Position numbers and translations under genes: made by a program. Of a stretch of DNA of 64,000 nucleotides, positions 58,801 through 64,000 are shown piece after piece. The DNA comes from a virus. The stretch covers positions 1 to 64,000 of the IMG/VR virus record IMGVR_UViG_3300030098_006630. One strand, 5' to 3'. The first letter of the stretch is position 1, and each line of letters starts with the position of its first letter. The notes beneath the pieces are model-generated. The model had not been told where the DNA came from and made no database searches. It saw only the letters and a list, made by a program, of their open reading frames with translations.

Positions 58801-61207
58801 AGTTATTTCGGAAGAAATAATTAATATTTTTTCTTCTATTATAGACTTTAATAATCTTATTGGAGAACCTGTAAATAAATATAGAGAAACTTATAAGGAT
58901 TTATCTAAACTCAAACAACTGTTCTTTGAAAGAGTAGAGAACAAGCCAGATATTGAAAGATATTTCACCTACTTTAAACATATTGACAGCTTCCTACAAC
59001 AGTGCCTGGAAAAGCTTTTGCCGGCTTCAGCCAATGTTTCTGATTCTGTTCTTAATATTGTTGAAAGTCACGTCCTAGAAAGAAATAAGTATAGACATAA
59101 ATTCCCTACACTAGAAAGCAAACAAGGTGACCCCGAAGCTGCGATTCTCGGTATTAATGAGATGCTCTTTGACTGGAAGCATGGTCACGCCCCTATTCCT
59201 GAAAATCAAAATACTAACTGTTTATATTGGCATGACTTAGCCGAACGAGGCGGTTCTGTCTTGACTTCAGGAAATCCAACCGTAGATGAACAGAGAGAAA
59301 CAATAAAAGATATTGTAAATTCTAGTGTATCCGGTAGCAATTACGCCACAAGAAAATTTGCCCAAGTTTATAATTTAACTACCAAAGAACCTCTTGATCT
59401 CGGCGGCGGCGCAAACTTAAAATCTAACAATATATTTGGATTTTACCGCCAAGTTATTAAATTTAACGACAGAAACAATTATATTAAAATACCTTTCGCT
59501 GAAAGCAAACTTAATAAAGATTGCAAGGAAGCCACAGAACCACAAGAATTAACCAAGAGAGTAATGGATGTTCCCGCTATCGCTTACAACGACGGAGAAC
59601 CCCCGCGAGCTAATGATTATAAAGATGGAAATGCAAACTTATTGCTTCCCTTTACTATCTTTTCATCGTCTTTGGATACAGGATATTTAGGTATTGTTGC
59701 CGACGCACACAGCGCTTCTTTTGAAAATATGCATCTAGATGTTGTTGGGACTCATGGAACACTCCCCTTACAGGGTCCATTTACCGAAAAGTATGTTGGA
59801 GGACTCCAGTACCGCCATGCCGGTTTAAATTACAAATCCCCTACCAAAGCTCTAGACAATTCCTTCACCAGACCAGAAGGATGGTTCTTAAAAATTCCCA
59901 CCGCCCCAGGACGCGCTGCAAGCCTCCTGAGCGAATCTTTCTCCGCAACTGACCCTGTGGGTTGGCGGAACGTTGGAAGTACCGCTACAGGACCTTCTGG
60001 GTGGATTCTAACGCATTCTGGACCGACTCCTTCTATGAATACTGGACCAAACTCAGCATTCGATGGAGATTACTACGCTTATGCTGAAACTTCCAACCCT
60101 AATCACCCCGGCAGTGCTTTCGGGCTAGTGACTCCAATAATCGACGCAGCCGATATGGGTGGAGATAACTTTAGTGCGTCTTTTTATTATCATATGTATG
60201 GCGTAAATGTTGGTAGCCTTAAGGTTCAACACTGTGAGAGCCCTTTATTCGGAGCAAGTGTAACTGATTTATCAGTGGTCTGGGATTTTGTATCTGCCCC
60301 TGGCGTTGAAGCGGAGCATATCGCTGGACAGCAACAAGCTAATGCAACAGATCCCTACAAACAAGCTCAAATTGATCTTTCTGCTTATGCAGGAACAGAA
60401 TTTTATTTACGATTCTTCTATGAAGGAGGTATAACTTATCTCTCTGACGTTGCTATTGATGCTATCGAGGTTTCTGGTACATCAGGAGGCTCAACTTATA
60501 AGCTTTTAGATCCTTCATGGGATAATCCAAATAAACCAAGAGCTGTTTATTATAGAGATGAAGTAGCGAAAAGACCTCTTAATATTAGAAATATTAAAAT
60601 GACGAGTTCTTCTCCTACCATTATTGGTAATTATTCTCACAATTATGAAGTTGTTAATATTCCTGGAAGAAACGTGAACAACCTATGGTTTGTTCAAAAT
60701 TCGGGAGCAGTGGGGCAAACAAAGGTTTTATCCGATTTTATAACCTCTAGCTATGATTACTCGCTGAAAAACCGCGACAACCTACAAGACGGTAGTAAAA
60801 ACCGTACTGTGATAGTGGAAAGGTTTTCCGCACCCGGAGGACCTGAAGTTATGAGCCGGGGATTTTTAGATGTAGCCTCAGAAACGTATTCCGTCTATAA
60901 CTGTTTAAACTACAGAAATTCCACTGTCCGAAACAACTTAAATATTTGGGAAAAACATCATAGTATATGGGGAGGGTACGATGGAGTTTATGGTTTCCCC
61001 ACAGCATCATACCATCAGGTTCAAAGGAATACAGGACTGAGACTTCAATTGAGTGGAAATTTAGTATTAGCAGGGTCGAGCATCAATAACGGAATGCCCG
61101 TTGTAACTGCCTCTTATTACGATAATGGCTTTGTAACACACCAGATTCCCCAAACCGACGCAGGATATGCTTGGATTTCTGGTTCTATTACTGGCTCTCT
61201 AATTTAA
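55817..61207 (+). CDS. Large virion protein with LamG-like and MAM domains
   Basis: LTVEFWL...WSHYAFS...SGSLDEFRFW (LamG); KSKGTEKSIRNL (baseplate-type motif); TPSMNTGP...YAETS...FYYHMYG...DVAID (MAM). Confidence 0.8.
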   Translation: MSLKDLFKDIERIGTTTTASAPDVPVIKEQVESVSFSREVQERQKSFVPHVDFTQAKNFAKYGSAEEYYAKGIEYIYSYYPYDGSLKEKEEWYNNVTYLEQYVFDHEYPRTNGYVILSADGWGTTTVTDGYGLPSSLEYIQVKSGPHEKNIWDESKHREENLKFALTGGLTVEFWLNKTEFVTSKTQKEVIFDLWNGKHFNDTEYGRFRIELSGTSPGAAFRLTALSGTSGFHDAPVGETVTPSIVSNSDWSHYAFSLYNTGSSVLVEMYRDGVFIESMTTGSAIGHVTGTMIANIGALRTPPRNTSAATGSGKLSGSLDEFRFWKSRRTARDIGRYYISQVGGGTNTDDANTELGLYYKFNEGITGDSTYDRVVLDYSGRLSNGTWTGYNSNSRNTGSAMVLSGETTFEFKDPIIYPTHPAVVALLNSKKELGEEYDINNPANMYNSFPSWIIDEDSDAGSELKSLTQIMSSYLDELYLQIENVPALKDKEYPSGSLLTGSHKPYPFSKQLLTSHGFNTPELFVDTSVIEQFLSRNEKIKYEEKIYNTKNLIYHNIYNNLINIFKSKGTEKSIRNLIRSYGADEDIIAINVYGHNEPFELRKNVEQRTFKNKVIDFNQSDRNVATIFQYQTGSGTTSYISGSRLNDLTVPNTVECEVFFPHKAQEGNRSYYYYPDISSSLFGQHTVNLGAADINVLQWADNDDASFQVYAVRDVIDSTRAKFVITGAAFSPLTTSYYSNVYENSKWNFAVRLKPSREFGDLVYYGSNTDYDLEFYGVHETMGSIEHEFILTSSLSATRGEAWSNAPKRIYAGAHRTNFTGSLLEYTDVKIANVRFWLSYLTNEVIQDHAKSYATYGPSQPLNDEGFTHVNLDNTEIPSLETLALNWNFGNVSSSADSSGRLLVDDFSSGSSELTSRYSWVGDITKQLYSGRADFFLPNEPKAADIEYVFSTRNRLPETFISSDMISIGEDADKIFTLDSRPVHYYFSIENSLYRVISEEIINIFSSIIDFNNLIGEPVNKYRETYKDLSKLKQLFFERVENKPDIERYFTYFKHIDSFLQQCLEKLLPASANVSDSVLNIVESHVLERNKYRHKFPTLESKQGDPEAAILGINEMLFDWKHGHAPIPENQNTNCLYWHDLAERGGSVLTSGNPTVDEQRETIKDIVNSSVSGSNYATRKFAQVYNLTTKEPLDLGGGANLKSNNIFGFYRQVIKFNDRNNYIKIPFAESKLNKDCKEATEPQELTKRVMDVPAIAYNDGEPPRANDYKDGNANLLLPFTIFSSSLDTGYLGIVADAHSASFENMHLDVVGTHGTLPLQGPFTEKYVGGLQYRHAGLNYKSPTKALDNSFTRPEGWFLKIPTAPGRAASLLSESFSATDPVGWRNVGSTATGPSGWILTHSGPTPSMNTGPNSAFDGDYYAYAETSNPNHPGSAFGLVTPIIDAADMGGDNFSASFYYHMYGVNVGSLKVQHCESPLFGASVTDLSVVWDFVSAPGVEAEHIAGQQQANATDPYKQAQIDLSAYAGTEFYLRFFYEGGITYLSDVAIDAIEVSGTSGGSTYKLLDPSWDNPNKPRAVYYRDEVAKRPLNIRNIKMTSSSPTIIGNYSHNYEVVNIPGRNVNNLWFVQNSGAVGQTKVLSDFITSSYDYSLKNRDNLQDGSKNRTVIVERFSAPGGPEVMSRGFLDVASETYSVYNCLNYRNSTVRNNLNIWEKHHSIWGGYDGVYGFPTASYHQVQRNTGLRLQLSGNLVLAGSSINNGMPVVTASYYDNGFVTHQIPQTDAGYAWISGSITGSLI

Positions 61208-61216
61208 TGAAAACAA

Positions 61217-61223
61217 CTATTTA
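61217..61223 (+). promoter_or_regulatory. Candidate late promoter motif CTATTTA
   Basis: Within the 24-nt gap before ATG 61232. Confidence 0.5.
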
Positions 61224-61231
61224 AGAATAAC

Positions 61232-64000
61232 ATGAACGACGAAAACCTCACATTTATTAGCGCCAGTAGCGTTGGAACTTTCATGGGCACCAACACCAGC
61301 TTCAAGGGAAGGCTTTTTGGTGCAAATCATAAAAACATCGGAGAGTTTTATACAGGTATCTCTAATATTAATAATTTTATTCCTAATGATTTCGTCGGGT
61401 TAAACACTATTATTTTTGAACCATTTGATGCCAACAGTCATACTTTGGGATATCCGGCTTTAACTTTCACGAATAACGACAACGCCCCAGGAACGTTAAA
61501 TCCTGGTCAGACTGAGTATTGTAATTATATTAATTCTTCTATTGTTGTTGGAATGGACCCTTCTACGGGAAAGATAGATAACACGATAAACATGAAAGAC
61601 CCTAGCGGAAACGGCTGGGGAGAGCTAGCTGGAAACTCTACTATACTAAATGCTATCATTCACCACCGCCAAGGTCCTTATGGTTGGCCAACGTGGAAAC
61701 AAGTTCGCACTGGCAACCATCCTCTGGCGAGATATTGGAAAGAAAACAGCACCTGGACAATTACTTTAAAACCCACCATTAATCAACTTACGAGCTTGAT
61801 GTTTTATGACAATAATGCCACTAATTTAGCTGAAGCAGCTCAAGGGGCACCTATAAATCTACAGTTCGTCCAATCTCCAGTTAGCAATAGAGATAAACCT
61901 TTGGTTCATACTTTTCGTGTCCAACAAGATGGCAACACCAACTATCTAACTCTTAGAAGTTCATATGCCAATTTAAAAGATCAGTTTGCCAATAATAACC
62001 AAAACTTATGGTCTCTTAAGACTAACAAATATGCATCTAATATAGAAATAATTTATGATGACTTAAAAAATATTTATATCGATGAAGACTATGGAGACAA
62101 CACTCCTTTTAAAGAATTTATGGTCTTTAGATACGGACAAGGAATTTACCCCAAACAAACCAATAAATTCCTACAGCGAACTCGTCAAAGAACCGTATAT
62201 GGAGAAGTCGCCGGAACTGGACTTAACGGCATCGATCAGATAAATCCACGAACTTTCTGGAAAGTGGTCTCTTCCTCTGCCACTCCCGTTAAGACCGTCG
62301 CTGAGTGGGATTTAAGCCCTAGACGAATAAGAACATCCGAAGCATTAAATTCGCAAGGAAACATTATAGGAGCCAGAACCATAAGTGGCTCCGCTTTAGG
62401 CGGACAGCCATATGCCGCTCTGCACTCCCCTGGAATTCGCAGTGTGTGGTCACTAGATACGGGAATTAATACTGGTAGTGCTTATTCTAACGGCACGATA
62501 GTCGCAGGCGAATTAGGGTGGAGACAGACTCAAGGGAGTGTAGGTGGATTTAGAACGCAGGCTTATAATACTTGCTCCGCAGGTGCTTATAGGCAAGACC
62601 TACGAGCAGATTATAGTGGCACCTACACCCAAATACCTGTGTATGCATCCGACCTAATTTCAGGAAAGCAAGCTTTTTTTAATTCTTACGAAGATTTCGC
62701 GGAAGATATAAGAGGTTTGGGAAAAGGAATGTCTATCTTACCAGAATTCAAAATCTCAGAGCACATGGAATATTATGTAGTAGAAGAGGACGGCGATTTC
62801 TTGGCTCAAAACGATGCTTATCTTTCTTTAGAGGGTGCAGCTATTACCTCAAGCGCTGCAAGCGAGCTACAGTATACAGGCGAGCGTGATAGTGCATTTA
62901 TAATAAACAGCCGCACATCAGGAATGAATGAAACATTTTTCTCTGATTATTCTCACAGCGACTTTCTTAAATATTTTGATATGTTTAAGTCGGATCACAA
63001 AGGTAAAGCTAACTTATCTTCGTATACTCTCAAAACCACAGGGATTAAAAAGCTATTACCTTATAGAGGTTTTTATCCTCACCAACGTGCACTTCAGCTT
63101 GCTACATTATTTTCTCAGTCTTTTGCTGAAAGCTATAATTTTAACGGGACGCATACTAACACTTATTCTCCCAATGAAAAAGCTGGCTGGAATGCAATCT
63201 TACGCCCCTTCTTTAATCCAGGCGTTTGTTTCAACTCTTTAAGATCTGCTGTGGCAGTTAACTTTCCAATGATGACAGGCTCTTCTGTCGTCGATTTGGG
63301 AATAGAAAACGTAGGAGACATTCTTGGATACACTAGTATAGAAGGCGGAACTTCTAATTACAAACTTCCATTTGAAGCTATTATTTCACCTGATCAGTAT
63401 CTTCCGTTGAGCACGGGAGCCACTACTAAATATATATTAAATGACGAAGTAACTCTAGGTGATTGGGCTGCTGGTACATATAATTTTAATACCGCCTATG
63501 CACTTTACGGAGGGACTCATACTGAACTTTATTCACTAGCTGCAAATAACTTTTTCGGAGAAATTCCGCGATTTTTCTTAGAGAATAAAGCCTTTACGAG
63601 CATTACATCTGCTCCGCAAGGAGAGTGGCAAGAAGTTGTGCCGACAAAAACCTACTATATGGACGTGTCTCTATATAAGACAAAGAACATGCTATTATCA
63701 GAAGGCAACGCTGAAGAAAATCTTCGCGGCTCGATATATGGGAATCCAAACGCCAGTAATTATGCGAACACTACCCATTCTAATAAATTTAAAGATCCTG
63801 CTTATGCTGCATACACACCTCCGTATTTTTATGAGAAATCGACTGCTAGAATAGCCTACACGCCCAGCACCCCTGGTCGCCCAACAGTAAAAGAACTTTT
63901 ATCTCGAATTGAACAAGCTATTTCTTTAGATGATAACTTCAAAGCTAATGATTTCGGAGCCACCGCTGTTTCTGGAACTTTTTACACAGGTTCAGCCTAT
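61232..64000 (+). CDS. Large virion structural protein, 3'-partial (absent from the ORF track)
   Basis: Hand translation MNDENLTFISASS...FIPNDFVGLNT...HRQGPYGWPTWKQ...; still in frame at the window end (...SGTFYTGSAY). Its absence from the track fits a frame with no stop; the middle was not checked codon by codon. Confidence 0.85.
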   Translation, partial: MNDENLTFISASSVGTFMGTNTSFKGRLFGANHKNIGEFYTGISNINNFIPNDFVGLNTIIFEPFDANSHTLGYPALTFTNNDNAPGTLNPGQTEYCNYINSSIVVGMDPSTGKIDNTINMKDPSGNGWGELAGNSTILNAIIHHRQGPYGWPTWKQVRTGNHPLARYWKENSTWTITLKPTINQLTSLMFYDNNATNLAEAAQGAPINLQFVQSPVSNRDKPLVHTFRVQQDGNTNYLTLRSSYANLKDQFANNNQNLWSLKTNKYASNIEIIYDDLKNIYIDEDYGDNTPFKEFMVFRYGQGIYPKQTNKFLQRTRQRTVYGEVAGTGLNGIDQINPRTFWKVVSSSATPVKTVAEWDLSPRRIRTSEALNSQGNIIGARTISGSALGGQPYAALHSPGIRSVWSLDTGINTGSAYSNGTIVAGELGWRQTQGSVGGFRTQAYNTCSAGAYRQDLRADYSGTYTQIPVYASDLISGKQAFFNSYEDFAEDIRGLGKGMSILPEFKISEHMEYYVVEEDGDFLAQNDAYLSLEGAAITSSAASELQYTGERDSAFIINSRTSGMNETFFSDYSHSDFLKYFDMFKSDHKGKANLSSYTLKTTGIKKLLPYRGFYPHQRALQLATLFSQSFAESYNFNGTHTNTYSPNEKAGWNAILRPFFNPGVCFNSLRSAVAVNFPMMTGSSVVDLGIENVGDILGYTSIEGGTSNYKLPFEAIISPDQYLPLSTGATTKYILNDEVTLGDWAAGTYNFNTAYALYGGTHTELYSLAANNFFGEIPRFFLENKAFTSITSAPQGEWQEVVPTKTYYMDVSLYKTKNMLLSEGNAEENLRGSIYGNPNASNYANTTHSNKFKDPAYAAYTPPYFYEKSTARIAYTPSTPGRPTVKELLSRIEQAISLDDNFKANDFGATAVSGTFYTGSAY

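Noticed and set aside
61205-61231. Programmed stop readthrough joining the two giant ORFs
   Set aside because: Two consecutive stops (TAA TGA), and a promoter-like motif in the gap.
1-64000. Stop-codon reassignment
   Set aside because: TAA, TAG and TGA all end recognisable genes, and coding density is high under the standard code.

Overview
A 64 kb, AT-rich, gene-dense, mostly plus-strand segment of a large tailed phage (jumbo myovirus-like, standard genetic code). It has four blocks. (1) 1-11.1 kb: acidic head-associated-type proteins, a Pol-beta-type nucleotidyltransferase and a myxobacterial-style Cys-rich vWA lipoprotein. (2) 11.1-20.2 kb: host-interaction genes, including an Smr nuclease, YkuK RNase H-like protein, tmRNA, tRNA-Thr, CglF/GltF-like secreted protein, J-domain protein, ClpP, phosphomannomutase, trypsin-like lipoprotein, PIN-PhoH and a Cas4-like nuclease. 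(3) 20.2-38.6 kb: an ~18 kb nucleotide-sugar/glycosyltransferase island with no visible polysaccharide export genes. (4) 39.4-64 kb: a gp55-like late sigma factor followed by baseplate/virion genes (dual peptidoglycan-hydrolase hub, gp25, gp6, very large LamG/MAM proteins); the last ORF runs off the window. Best leads: a co-located ribosome-rescue/proteostasis module, gliding-motility-like genes pointing to a Myxococcota-type host, a possible virion O-glycosylation system with an [S/T]-[G/A]-[S/T] sequon, and a shared late-promoter plus capsid-targeting code. All family calls are from motif recognition by eye; no searches were run.
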